IMG/VR virus record: IMGVR_UViG_3300025389_001063
Length of the DNA: 64,000 bases
From: a virus
Taxonomy: Duplodnaviria > Caudoviricetes
Reading direction: 5' to 3' (one strand)
Below, piece by piece: positions 8,918-17,310 of this stretch. Below the pieces are notes generated by a model, which saw only the letters and a program-made list of their open reading frames with translations, ran no database searches and had not been told where the DNA came from. Made by a program: the position numbers and the translations under genes. Numbering within the stretch: position 1 is the first letter of the stretch; each line of letters begins with the position of its first letter.

Positions 8918-8983
8918 AATCGCGACCTAGAAGATCACCCCAGGCGAATGTATACTATACCAATTCACTATAGTATACATTAA

Positions 8984-9415
8984 CTACTTCTTCTGCTGTT
9001 TACATACTTCACCAGTGTTTACAGACTGAGTGCATACGTTTACATTAACTGTGGTGGGCGCTGCTACCGGAACCGGAACAGGGACTTTTTTGTATACAAC
9101 ACGACGCTTGACGACTACGCGATCTCTTACTATAATGCGATCTCTGTATACAACAGCAGGTGGCTGCTGAACTATTACAGCAGGCGGAGTCTCTATTACA
9201 ACAGGTGGCTGAGGAACTACTACTCGTCTCCTCACTATTACTTGCTGTGGATATAAGGTTTCCATAGAATCCACATATGGATTATATCCCGGTGGCGGTA
9301 ATGCTGTTTGTGGCGCAGCATATGGATATCCCGGTCCCGCTCCGGGATAATATTGGGCGTGAGCACTTCCCGCTATTAGTACACTAGATATAGTGGCAAT
9401 CACAATACGTTTCAT
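8984..9415 (-). CDS. secreted Pro/Val-rich protein (Rhizobiales-type)
   Basis: signal peptide MKRIVIATISSVLIAGSAHA; PPVV repeats; C-terminal Cys pair. Confidence 0.7.
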   Translation of the reverse strand: MKRIVIATISSVLIAGSAHAQYYPGAGPGYPYAAPQTALPPPGYNPYVDSMETLYPQQVIVRRRVVVPQPPVVIETPPAVIVQQPPAVVYRDRIIVRDRVVVKRRVVYKKVPVPVPVAAPTTVNVNVCTQSVNTGEVCKQQKK

Positions 9416-9526
9416 GCTTTAGACTCCCTATAATAAGACTATACGACGATATATAGTACCTGTCAACCATGGTCTTGGCGTGTTTTGAATGCTAGATATA
9501 GTAGATCTATACACTAGATATAGTGG
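9381..9526. promoter_or_regulatory. second cluster of NrdR-box-like palindromes
   Basis: ACACTAGATATAGTGG 9381 and 9511, ATGCTAGATATAGTAG 9489, degenerate CGACGATATATAGTAC 9444 inside the promoter with TTGACA at 9461-9466 (-). Confidence 0.65.
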
Positions 9527-9712
9527 TTGACCGTGGTGACGACAGGCTTAGTTCAAATGGTATCTTTCCGATTTTGTCCAAGTTCTTCCTATTCACCACT
9601 ATATCGACAATCTATCTCTATAGTAGTTCGCCTGTCTAATCGCCGCGTTCAAGCCAGCGACTACTGTGGATCTCGTGTGCTTATAGCAGCGCCCACAGCT
9701 TTCCTAAGATGC

Positions 9713-9966
9713 ACAGCGGGGCCACTATGCATTAGGATCTCTATCGTCGTTTGCATGTATATCCAAAGGCGGCACAGCGGGGCCAGTAGTATTCCATTTA
9801 GTTCCTGCTAGTACCACCAATGGGATTGTTCTTTTTATAAAGTAAGTACCAGTTGTTACAGCGGGGCCTTTAAATACAGCATATGTTTTAACGGGACCTC
9901 TACTACGTTTACGATTAGCCTTTTTAAAGAAGTCTTTAAGATCGTTCATTATGTTACAGCGGGGCC
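9713..9966. repeat. four dispersed copies of the 11-mer ACAGCGGGGCC
   Basis: exact copies at 9713, 9774, 9858 and 9956. Confidence 0.9.
9725..9949 (-). CDS. possible hypothetical protein
   Basis: ORF only; contains the GPAV-coding repeats. Confidence 0.3.
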   Translation of the reverse strand: MNDLKDFFKKANRKRSRGPVKTYAVFKGPAVTTGTYFIKRTIPLVVLAGTKWNTTGPAVPPLDIHANDDRDPNA

Positions 9967-10140
9967 TGTATGTAGAGTATCAGTATATGTATTTGTGCCT
10001 TCTATACGATCTAGTAGTGTCTGTTCTAGTTGTTCAACTTCTGCTTCTAGTGCTCTAGTTTCCCTATAAAGTTCTACTAGTCTGTCTTTCTTTGGTACTA
10101 GTATAAGATTGTATAGTGCTATTTCTTCTATGCTCATCAT
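9949..10140 (-). CDS. hypothetical protein
   Basis: coupled ORF in leftward array. Confidence 0.5.
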   Translation of the reverse strand: MMSIEEIALYNLILVPKKDRLVELYRETRALEAEVEQLEQTLLDRIEGTNTYTDTLHTGPAVT

Positions 10141-10358
10141 TGTGGATTTACTCTTTTCTTTAGTATAGCAAGTGTTCTATGATAGCGTTCGTTTAGTATG
10201 TTAAGACTATCAATAAGTTCGCTATATTCATTACTCAATCTATAGCGTTCTTTACTGTTTAGTATGTTAAGTCTATCTATAATATTACTACGTTCATCTA
10301 GTGTATTATTTGAAGTTATTTCTAGTTGTTCTATAGTCATTGTTATTAGATCTTCCAT
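10137..10358 (-). CDS. hypothetical coiled-coil protein
   Basis: ORF in array. Confidence 0.5.
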   Translation of the reverse strand: MEDLITMTIEQLEITSNNTLDERSNIIDRLNILNSKERYRLSNEYSELIDSLNILNERYHRTLAILKKRVNPQ

Positions 10359-10438
10359 TTGGGTCCCCTATAATGATGTTAGCAATAGTAGTAATAAAGG
10401 CCAGTATGACCAGCATCAGCATCAATGATTTAGACTGT

Positions 10439-10663
10439 TCAGTCATCACCAAATTCTACTATTTTATCTATGTGCATTATTTCATTTAGATCTTTTTCTA
10501 AGTTTTTTGAGTATCCTACTATATTTTGTATATCCATATGTTCGTAAGTAAGTAGTTCTTCTTCTAAGTGATTAATATAAGCAAGAGCATCTAGACTAAG
10601 TTCAGTATTTTGATTTTTCAGTTGATTTTTTAATTCTGTAATTTGCATCATATTTGTTCTCAT
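10439..10663 (-). CDS. hypothetical protein, paralog of 10602-10904
   Basis: LKNQLKNQNTELSLDALAYINHLEE vs LKQLLKNHNSQMSLAALDYIQRLED. Confidence 0.55.
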   Translation of the reverse strand: MRTNMMQITELKNQLKNQNTELSLDALAYINHLEEELLTYEHMDIQNIVGYSKNLEKDLNEIMHIDKIVEFGDD

Positions 10664-10904
10664 TCACCAAGTCTTTTACACGTTGTATAACGTATGGTTG
10701 CTGTATAGGAGTCAATTTCACTACATCTTGTGCTATTTTAAGTTGTTCTTTAAGTGTGTTAATTTCGTTATTAATAGCATTTAGATCAATGTTATGTTCG
10801 TATACAGTAACTCTATCTTCTAGACGCTGTATATAGTCAAGAGCAGCAAGGCTCATCTGGGAATTGTGATTTTTGAGTAGTTGTTTCAGTTTCTTCGTGT
10901 TCAT
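10602..10904 (-). CDS. hypothetical protein, paralog of 10439-10663
   Basis: GGAGG RBS; shared motif as above. Confidence 0.6.
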   Translation of the reverse strand: MNTKKLKQLLKNHNSQMSLAALDYIQRLEDRVTVYEHNIDLNAINNEINTLKEQLKIAQDVVKLTPIQQPYVIQRVKDLVNENKYDANYRIKKSTEKSKY

Positions 10905-11046
10905 TTTGTATACCTCCAGGCATGTTATTACGTGCTTTATTCAGTAGTTTAGCAGCCTCAATACTGTTTTGCAACATCATGTGCCAAGGTAATATACCGT
11001 TTTTAAGATCGTCAATATCAACGTTGTGTGAGGATTGTTCTGACAT
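10837..11046 (-). CDS. hypothetical protein
   Basis: ORF in array. Confidence 0.4.
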   Translation of the reverse strand: MSEQSSHNVDIDDLKNGILPWHMMLQNSIEAAKLLNKARNNMPGGIQNEHEETETTTQKSQFPDEPCCS

Positions 11047-11308
11047 ATTTCATCAACAGTTTCTTATTTTTATGTTTAGATAGTGCTTTATATATGATTT
11101 TAAAAGCAGCATGTGATATTGGGGGCATAACGAAGTCTAGGGCGTGTATAGCAAGACTTTCACGTCTAATAAGGGTATTTTCCTGTTTTAGTTCTTTAAT
11201 TCTTGTGAGGGCTCGTCGTGTGATCTTGTTTGCTCTAGATTCGTTACATTTTTCCAGAGCAATAGCCATAATGTATAGATCGTCGAGTAGTTCTTTATCT
11301 TTTGACAT
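11018..11308 (-). CDS. hypothetical protein
   Basis: ORF in array. Confidence 0.55.
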   Translation of the reverse strand: MSKDKELLDDLYIMAIALEKCNESRANKITRRALTRIKELKQENTLIRRESLAIHALDFVMPPISHAAFKIIYKALSKHKNKKLLMKYVRTILTQR

Positions 11309-11549
11309 TCTTCTTCCATTGTTTTTTTAGGAGGAATGCCTTAAATTTCAATTTACCTATGAACAGGTTGACTTTTTCTTTGAGTGTGGGATCTGCCTTA
11401 TTAAGTTTTAATTTGAGTAGATTTATTTCTTGTTGTTGCGCCTGTATAGTATAAGCAGCCTGTCTGCAAGTTGAAGCGCATTGTACTGATTCGTTAGCTT
11501 CGATAATATCTGCATATTTGTGTAGTTTATGGACCAGTTCTCTAGGCAT
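11295..11549 (-). CDS. hypothetical protein
   Basis: TAAATA late promoter and GGGAG RBS upstream. Confidence 0.55.
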   Translation of the reverse strand: MPRELVHKLHKYADIIEANESVQCASTCRQAAYTIQAQQQEINLLKLKLNKADPTLKEKVNLFIGKLKFKAFLLKKQWKKNVKR

Positions 11550-11616
11550 GGGTAATCTCCCTTTATTAGGGGTATTTATAAAAATTTGCGTGCCGTGTAC
11601 TTCGTATTGTTCGGGG

Positions 11617-11853
11617 CTATGTCATCTTCCAAAGTGAGTAGAAGGCTAGAGACAGTGCTATTGTAAAGAAGGCTATTGGGCCACCTACAGCAATAGCAGT
11701 AGAAGTTATAACCACTATGGAGAAGAATGTGGCAGCGTGTCTTAGTATATGTACGGGTTTTGTTAATTCTTTATAAGTAGGTAGTTTGATTGGTTCTAGG
11801 GTTGTATCTTGTATAGGAGAATTCTTTTGTTTAAATGGCAATATGTTCGACAT
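11617..11853 (-). CDS. membrane protein
   Basis: two hydrophobic segments; AGGA RBS. Confidence 0.55.
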   Translation of the reverse strand: MSNILPFKQKNSPIQDTTLEPIKLPTYKELTKPVHILRHAATFFSIVVITSTAIAVGGPIAFFTIALSLAFYSLWKMT

Positions 11854-11923
11854 GGCAATTCCTTAAATGTGTTTGAATTGTGTTAACACTATATATGGAT
11901 TTGCCATGTGTGTCTAGATATTT

Positions 11924-12154
11924 TTAGTCAATAAGTCTATGAGAACTTGTAGTTGATTTATTTCCGTATAGTCGCCATTCTGCTTCTAGATTCTTCTGCA
12001 TTACTTTTAGTATAAGTGGTCCCCAATAGGGTATATTATTATCCCATTCTGGTTTGAATTTAAAGTAGAGATGACGTCCGTATTGTACGGCATTATCTGT
12101 ATCTATTACGCCAAATTTGATATGTTGTTCTAGATATTCTTTACAAGTTTTCAT
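11924..12154 (-). CDS. hypothetical protein
   Basis: ORF in array. Confidence 0.55.
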   Translation of the reverse strand: MKTCKEYLEQHIKFGVIDTDNAVQYGRHLYFKFKPEWDNNIPYWGPLILKVMQKNLEAEWRLYGNKSTTSSHRLID

Positions 12155-12294
12155 TCGGGATCCTTTATCTTACGTGTTAGTATAACAGTAAACAGTAGGG
12201 TAGAGCAAGCGAAATAGCCTGCTAATATAGCAAGTCCTTCCAATGCTTGAGGATTCGTGAGAACTTCGTGTAGAGTGATTTGATGAGGTGCCAT
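12151..12294 (-). CDS. possible small membrane protein
   Basis: GGAG RBS before MAPHQ; overlaps the next ORF. Confidence 0.35.
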   Translation of the reverse strand: MAPHQITLHEVLTNPQALEGLAILAGYFACSTLLFTVILTRKIKDPE

Positions 12295-12611
12295 ATGTGT
12301 GTCTCCTTGTGTTCGGTATTTAGCGGCATAGGAGCCTTGTTGGGCCATCTTACTCTATTGAACTCTCTTGTGGATCCTCTACCTTCATCATAGAAGTACC
12401 ATTCTGTATTATTAGTGCAGGGTATTTGTGTACCGTATTCTTGGGGACTTTTATATACTCCGATTCTACGTGGGTGGTGTGGTTTCTTAACCTTGATGTC
12501 GGCCCATATGTAAGCAAAGTCACCTTCAAACTCTACATATAGGAATTTGGGTTTCCTGCCCTGTATATAGACTATTTGACTTTTGAGGGAGATGGGGTGG
12601 CGTAGTTTCAT
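12222..12611 (-). CDS. hypothetical protein
   Basis: coupled ORF (ATGA overlap), start MKLRHP. Confidence 0.55.
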   Translation of the reverse strand: MKLRHPISLKSQIVYIQGRKPKFLYVEFEGDFAYIWADIKVKKPHHPRRIGVYKSPQEYGTQIPCTNNTEWYFYDEGRGSTREFNRVRWPNKAPMPLNTEHKETHIWHLIKSLYTKFSRILKHWKDLLY

Positions 12612-12808
12612 TGAAGGGCCAACCAAGCCATATATGCTATTGCCAACATCCATATGCCCGCTAGGAAGAATATTAATAGGAATAGTTGTTTATCGTTTAG
12701 GTACATTGTTTTTGCTTTTCTTTTGTGGGGTCTGCGATTATCTCGGGGTCTTCTAACCGTTCTGGCCTCTCGGCTATATGGTGATCGAATTGGTCTTCGG
12801 GCATTCAT
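12608..12808 (-). CDS. small membrane protein
   Basis: C-terminal TM helix. Confidence 0.5.
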   Translation of the reverse strand: MNARRPIRSPYSREARTVRRPRDNRRPHKRKAKTMYLNDKQLFLLIFFLAGIWMLAIAYMAWLALQ

Positions 12809-13092
12809 TTTACCTCCATCATCTCGCCGTGATCGAATATGTGTAATATGTATGGTCCATCTTCTAGTGTATCTATGTAGTATCCAGTGAGGGCTAGTTC
12901 GTCGTTGATCTCTTGTCCAGTACTATATAGTTTAATGGCTCGTTTTCTTAGGGGTGCTTTTGGGTCTACTAGGGCCCACAGTGCGAATCTATTGGATCCG
13001 CAAGCAATGGCTTTAAGTATCTTAGCACCACGGGGCATCTCAATATGGGTGGTGCTATAGTTAAAGAGGAATTTATCAACTATCACTGTCAA
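12805..13092 (-). CDS. conserved phage hypothetical protein
   Basis: MPRGAKIL...LWALVDP...STGQE...HIF family pattern. Confidence 0.6.
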   Translation of the reverse strand: MTVIVDKFLFNYSTTHIEMPRGAKILKAIACGSNRFALWALVDPKAPLRKRAIKLYSTGQEINDELALTGYYIDTLEDGPYILHIFDHGEMMEVK

Positions 13093-13245
13093 GAGACCTT
13101 ATGAACCAATTAGTTAGAAACCCTGTAGCAATACTGGAAATCCAGCCCCACATAAAGAATTCTTGTGGTTTGCTGTATATCATTGTGAGATTCTCTGTTA
13201 TTAGAAAACACATCATGGCTAGTAATATAACAGCAATAATCTTAA

Positions 13246-13626
13246 TCATGTGCCCCGTTCCTTTCTGTGATCTTCTTCCATAATATCATCCCAACTGACG
13301 TAATTGTCTTCGTGATAGAATTTGTTTGTTGTGTTTATATCTATCCTATGTGTGGCTTGTTTATATTCGTTATGGGAGGGTTCGATAGTGGCTTCCCATT
13401 TAAGCACTATGAAGTTTAGTAATTTACTATCACCTACTCTATAGAATATACGACTACTAGCAACACCGCGTCTACCGGGATTAGTAGTCCAACGTGGTGA
13501 ATGAATCTCGTAGAATTTATCGCTGATAGTTTGAGAATTCATCCAGTCTCTAATCTCCAATTCGCAATGTTGATTACAGAGAATGTAAGCCACGGGCCAG
13601 TTTTCCCATCCAATAGGTTGAGTCAT
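13246..13626 (-). CDS. hypothetical protein, F/L-x-L-K-W family
   Basis: LLNFIVLKWE motif. Confidence 0.55.
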   Translation of the reverse strand: MTQPIGWENWPVAYILCNQHCELEIRDWMNSQTISDKFYEIHSPRWTTNPGRRGVASSRIFYRVGDSKLLNFIVLKWEATIEPSHNEYKQATHRIDINTTNKFYHEDNYVSWDDIMEEDHRKERGT

Positions 13627-14465
13627 TATGGTATTACCGCCAATCGTTTAATCAGACCCTTCTCAAATGCTCTTTGGAATGGGGTATAGTCTCTAAAGGA
13701 TACGCACCCATTACTAGCACCCTCGGGGTTCAGCATATATGTATGGGCCAGTAAGCCATCTCTATTATGTATTTCTTTCGAGCCCCCAACAGGGTTGAGC
13801 CTAATGGCCTTCACGCCATGGAAGGGTCGTTCACGCCATGATAGATCGTATATGTGTGGTGGTGTAGGTCCACGCATCCTAACATGGGTGTAGCGTGGAT
13901 TATCACGCATCTGTCCTAGGCCACTATGTGCTTCTATCTGGGTACCGTCTGGGAGATATACTTTATGATCTGTAATCTTATAAACAGCCATACCTGGTTG
14001 GGCCTGTATATCACTTGCGGGTTGTGTAAGTCTACGTACCACTCCAAATAGTTTTTCTGCTAAGTTCTCTTGGGGTGCGTATGCCAAGGCTTCTTGTGGT
14101 TGCTCTTGTTGTGGCTCTACATCTTTAGTAGTCTTGAAGTGAGCAGCAATAGCTTGATAGGCCTGTTTGAATTTAGGCTTATGTGGGGGTGTTGGAATGT
14201 GTGCCACTACATTTTTAATAACCTCACGAGCAGTATGTTTCTCGGGGACTAGTTCTTCAGTCTTAGGTTTATCACCTTTTAGATTAACTAAGACTGGTCC
14301 AAATGGATTACGTGAAATAGCAACATCTGCTGCTTTGGGCATTTCTTTAGCAATCTCTTCGCTTTTCTTTGGCTCAGCAAGGATGAAGCATCCAATTGCC
14401 AGTAGCGTGGTCATTGCTGTCGCACTCAGCAGAATCTTTTCACTTTTTAACATTCTTTTCTCCAA
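13626..14465 (-). CDS. membrane-anchored DUF2778/Tlde1-family L,D-transpeptidase-fold protein
   Basis: N-terminal TM; AHSGLG..RDNP....RMRGPTPP..Y; catalytic HTYML...SNGCVSF. Confidence 0.85.
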   Translation of the reverse strand: MEKRMLKSEKILLSATAMTTLLAIGCFILAEPKKSEEIAKEMPKAADVAISRNPFGPVLVNLKGDKPKTEELVPEKHTAREVIKNVVAHIPTPPHKPKFKQAYQAIAAHFKTTKDVEPQQEQPQEALAYAPQENLAEKLFGVVRRLTQPASDIQAQPGMAVYKITDHKVYLPDGTQIEAHSGLGQMRDNPRYTHVRMRGPTPPHIYDLSWRERPFHGVKAIRLNPVGGSKEIHNRDGLLAHTYMLNPEGASNGCVSFRDYTPFQRAFEKGLIKRLAVIP

Positions 14466-14835
14466 TTATTTTACCTTTACTATAGAGCAAACGCTCTTTT
14501 ATATTCTCCCTAAAAATATTATCAGTTACATTTGTATCTTTAATCTTCTCTGTTATTTCTTTGAGAAGCCTTTTAATTTCTGCGTCCATTGCTGCATTTT
14601 TTTCTTTGCGATCTCGTTCTTGATCATCTTCACAAAGAAGTAATTCAGCAGTATACTTTATTAGCATATATGTAATATACTTGTCACTCTTAATGGCAAT
14701 CTTCGAAGCTATGGAGCCGTGATAGACTGGAACAAATTCATCTTTTGGACAGTTCTTTGTCAGCCATTCCACAGCCTCGTAGCGGTACGTAATATCTATT
14801 TGTACCTGAGGCCAAGATCTCCATTCGTTAGTCAA
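14440..14835 (-). CDS. hypothetical protein, F/L-x-L-K-W family
   Basis: YITYMLIKYT motif. Confidence 0.55.
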   Translation of the reverse strand: MTNEWRSWPQVQIDITYRYEAVEWLTKNCPKDEFVPVYHGSIASKIAIKSDKYITYMLIKYTAELLLCEDDQERDRKEKNAAMDAEIKRLLKEITEKIKDTNVTDNIFRENIKERLLYSKGKIIGEKNVKK

Positions 14836-15185
14836 TTTGGATCTCTTATGTGACTAGGTCCCCATTTGAGTAACCAATATGTTTCTTGCTGTGGTAGCAT
14901 TGTAGTATAGGCGATATAGGTATTCATATCTTCCATAGGAGAATAATGACTATCTGCTTCTATCTTCATCTTTTCTTCTTGTGTCCAATTGAACCAAGGT
15001 TGCTTGATTATTAAATTTGCTAGACGTGAGTCTGTGCTGGATATTTCGCTATCGTTAAATCTATTATAGTACCAAGAGTTCATGGACCAAGTAAGTAGAT
15101 TAACTCTTTTCTTTGAGGAATTCTCTGAGGGCATTTTCTTTTTCTGCGTCCATGACAGAGATGGAAATTTCTCGTGCTCGATCAT
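14832..15185 (-). CDS. hypothetical protein, F/L-x-L-K-W family (start uncertain)
   Basis: ETYWLLKWG motif. Confidence 0.5.
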   Translation of the reverse strand: MIEHEKFPSLSWTQKKKMPSENSSKKRVNLLTWSMNSWYYNRFNDSEISSTDSRLANLIIKQPWFNWTQEEKMKIEADSHYSPMEDMNTYIAYTTMLPQQETYWLLKWGPSHIRDPN

Positions 15186-15351
15186 CTAGTAATATTCTCC
15201 AAGTATGATTTTGGGCCTGCCATTCTACCTTTTTTGAGTGTTGACTGCCCCAATGGGGTTCATATCCTTGTCTGGAACTGGGAGCCACGTGAGCAGTAAG
15301 CCAATCTATAATATCTCTATAGTTGTCATCCTGCCTGGGGATTATGATCAT
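15100..15351 (-). CDS. hypothetical protein
   Basis: ORF in array; IIDWL..HV pattern. Confidence 0.5.
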   Translation of the reverse strand: MIIIPRQDDNYRDIIDWLTAHVAPSSRQGYEPHWGSQHSKKVEWQAQNHTWRILLDDRAREISISVMDAEKENALREFLKEKS

Positions 15352-15559
15352 CTTCTATAGTCCATGCTCTAATTCCTTTTTCTGGTTTGGCTTCCCATTT
15401 AAGGATTGCGTAAGTTATAAGTTTAGCATCGTCGGTAATTAAAGTAAATTGATATGGACTATTCCAGGAATAGCATGTCCACTCTATGTTGTGTTCTCTA
15501 ATCCATGCTATACATTCGTACCATTCTTCATGTGTAAGAATTCTAGAAGTTATGATCAT
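15326..15559 (-). CDS. hypothetical protein, F/L-x-L-K-W family
   Basis: LITYAILKWE motif. Confidence 0.55.
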   Translation of the reverse strand: MIITSRILTHEEWYECIAWIREHNIEWTCYSWNSPYQFTLITDDAKLITYAILKWEAKPEKGIRAWTIEDDHNPQAG

Positions 15560-15717
15560 GTAAACTTCATAGCCACAATGAGGGCATCCTTACTATGTGT
15601 AAAGTATATTATATGCGTTAATGGGTCTGGTTTCCATTGTTTCATCTTAACATTAGTCATACACCAACCCATTGCTTCGTAGTATTTTATTCCTGAATCG
15701 AATTTGATCTTAGTCAT
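15556..15717 (-). CDS. hypothetical protein (53 aa, not in track), same family
   Basis: MTKIKFDSGIKYYEAMGWC...YFTHSKDALIVAMKFT. Confidence 0.5.
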   Translation of the reverse strand: MTKIKFDSGIKYYEAMGWCMTNVKMKQWKPDPLTHIIYFTHSKDALIVAMKFT

Positions 15718-15937
15718 AGTATTTCAGCATAAACAATGCTGCCTTCCCTTTGTCTACCATTTCCCCGGAATAGAAACCGTTTGGTTTACGACGATTGTAG
15801 TGTTTCTGTAGTTTAACTCCCCACCTTTCTTTAAGCCATGGATCAAAGTCAATTAAACCGTATTCTGCTTCTCGATACCAATTACCCCAATCGTGATGTG
15901 CTTTTAGGATGACCTTGTTTGGAATTTCCATTTTCAT
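15710..15937 (-). CDS. hypothetical protein, same family
   Basis: KAALFMLKYY motif. Confidence 0.55.
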   Translation of the reverse strand: MKMEIPNKVILKAHHDWGNWYREAEYGLIDFDPWLKERWGVKLQKHYNRRKPNGFYSGEMVDKGKAALFMLKYYD

Positions 15938-16143
15938 GAGAACCTCAACACAAATAGAGTTCGATCTTGTTCTTGTTCGAATGTGATAATATCGGGACTG
16001 TACCAGATATGTCTTATGGGTTTATCTTCAAGCCAGTCTATCATCTTCATTTCTTGTAGCATTTCGGGTTCGTCGAGAAAGTGGAGACTATATCCTGGCT
16101 TAAAGATAAAGTGATGTGGATTATCTATTAGTTTGAATCTCAT
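15934..16143 (-). CDS. hypothetical protein, same family
   Basis: FEQEQDRTLFVLRFS motif. Confidence 0.55.
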   Translation of the reverse strand: MRFKLIDNPHHFIFKPGYSLHFLDEPEMLQEMKMIDWLEDKPIRHIWYSPDIITFEQEQDRTLFVLRFS

Positions 16144-16324
16144 CCTCAGGGACGTCCTCTTCCCAATAGCGACAATAGAAGTGATCTCCACAACTATCTA
16201 TTTCGTGCTGTGGATATCCATTTTCAATTAGCCATTTCATTTTATCGGTTATGTCATCTGGGAGGATTTTTGGAAATCCATATTGCCAACCAGATGGAGG
16301 ATCAATCATAGTGACCTTAGGCAT
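16121..16324 (-). CDS. conserved phage hypothetical protein
   Basis: MIDPPSGWQYGFPK...WLIENGYP family motif. Confidence 0.65.
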   Translation of the reverse strand: MPKVTMIDPPSGWQYGFPKILPDDITDKMKWLIENGYPQHEIDSCGDHFYCRYWEEDVPEDEIQTNR

Positions 16325-16508
16325 AAGTTCCAACTTTCTCTTCGTCCGGGTTATATGATGCGTAGGCTCGGATAACCTGATCCAAACACATCTGAATAGT
16401 TACATTAGGCTTTAGGTCGCTCATAAAAGAATAGAGACGCACAGCCTTATCCAATAGTTCTTCTTCGCTCATTTGAGTAAGTTCGTAATCTTTGAATGAC
16501 AAGTTCAT
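16317..16508 (-). CDS. hypothetical protein
   Basis: ORF in array. Confidence 0.5.
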   Translation of the reverse strand: MNLSFKDYELTQMSEEELLDKAVRLYSFMSDLKPNVTIQMCLDQVIRAYASYNPDEEKVGTYA

Positions 16509-16871
16509 TTAGATTCTCCAGATTTCTGTTCCAAATTTTAGAGAAAGCATTATTACGATGTGCTTATCTCTAACATAGAAGTAAGCATACATGTTATTTA
16601 GGTTACTGTCAATATGTGGATGGTAGTCCTTTTCGTCCACATTTTGGGCGAGCCAATCGTGGACTTCTTTCGCTACTTTAAAGTCTTCGTTTGCTTTTGG
16701 ATCAAGTATTAGAACTTTAGCACAAGGCCACTGATACCAATTTTCCAGTAAACGATTTTTCTTCTTCTTATCCATAGCCTTATCATAACCGATAAAGTAT
16801 CCACTCATAAATCCAGATAGCATGGCCACACAAACAAATGCCAGCCATGCCATCACTTGTCCTTCACTCAT
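16509..16871 (-). CDS. membrane-anchored protein, F/L-x-L-K-W family
   Basis: N-terminal TM; VIMLSLKFG. Confidence 0.55.
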   Translation of the reverse strand: MSEGQVMAWLAFVCVAMLSGFMSGYFIGYDKAMDKKKKNRLLENWYQWPCAKVLILDPKANEDFKVAKEVHDWLAQNVDEKDYHPHIDSNLNNMYAYFYVRDKHIVIMLSLKFGTEIWRI

Positions 16872-17071
16872 GTTCTGTCGTATGCAGCAAATAATCTTAT
16901 CCAAAGATAAACAAGCAAACTAATAATAAAAAATAGTAACCAAGAGTTGAGATATTCTTCTCGTTCAACAAGATGTTTGAAGTCAAAGTATTTTCCGTAA
17001 GTATTTGGATTACCGGCCATGAATTCGGCGGCTTTTTGATTTAGAGTATCGAAGTCGAAATATTTGCTCAT
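16868..17071 (-). CDS. small membrane protein
   Basis: C-terminal TM. Confidence 0.5.
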   Translation of the reverse strand: MSKYFDFDTLNQKAAEFMAGNPNTYGKYFDFKHLVEREEYLNSWLLFFIISLLVYLWIRLFAAYDRT

Positions 17072-17119
17072 TGTTATGCCCCTTGCATATACGAATATAT
17101 AGCAGAGGCATAAAATAGA

Positions 17120-17281
17120 TTACTTTATTCCGAGTGCTTCTTTAGCAAGATTAGCAGCATCAAATACTGCTTTAGCATCTACAGATCCAGTAAATGGAGT
17201 AAATTTACTAATCTTTGTTAGTGCTTCTTTATATGTTTCGAGTGTTTTCTCGAGTTCTTTAATTCTATCTGTGTCAGCCAT
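17120..17281 (-). CDS. hypothetical protein (53 aa, not in track)
   Basis: MADTDRIKELEKTL...; TAAATA promoter and GGGAG RBS. Confidence 0.55.
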   Translation of the reverse strand: MADTDRIKELEKTLETYKEALTKISKFTPFTGSVDAKAVFDAANLAKEALGIK

Positions 17282-17310
17282 GGAAGTTCTCCCTGTGTAT
17301 TTAGACAGGA

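Larger units (their letters stand above)
361..9466 (-). promoter_or_regulatory. dense series of sigma70-like early promoters (GGTTGACA-N16/17-TATAAT-like)
   Basis: TGTCAA at 361, 593, 2255, 2792, 3582, 3942, 4164, 4860, 5330, 5693 and 9461, each with a -10-like hexamer and a downstream ORF. Confidence 0.75.

Noticed and set aside
9713-9966. ACAGCGGGGCC copies as a degenerate type I-E CRISPR array (CAGCGGGG resembles the 3' arm of the I-E repeat; first spacing is 61 nt)
   Set aside because: The complementary CCCCGC arm and the ATAAAC handle are absent, later spacings (84, 98) are irregular, and there are no cas genes.
11886-11926. Additional NrdR-like pair (ACACTATATATGGATT; TGTCTAGATATTTTTA)
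   Set aside because: Each has a core mismatch, spacing is 25 bp, and such matches are expected by chance in AT-rich DNA.
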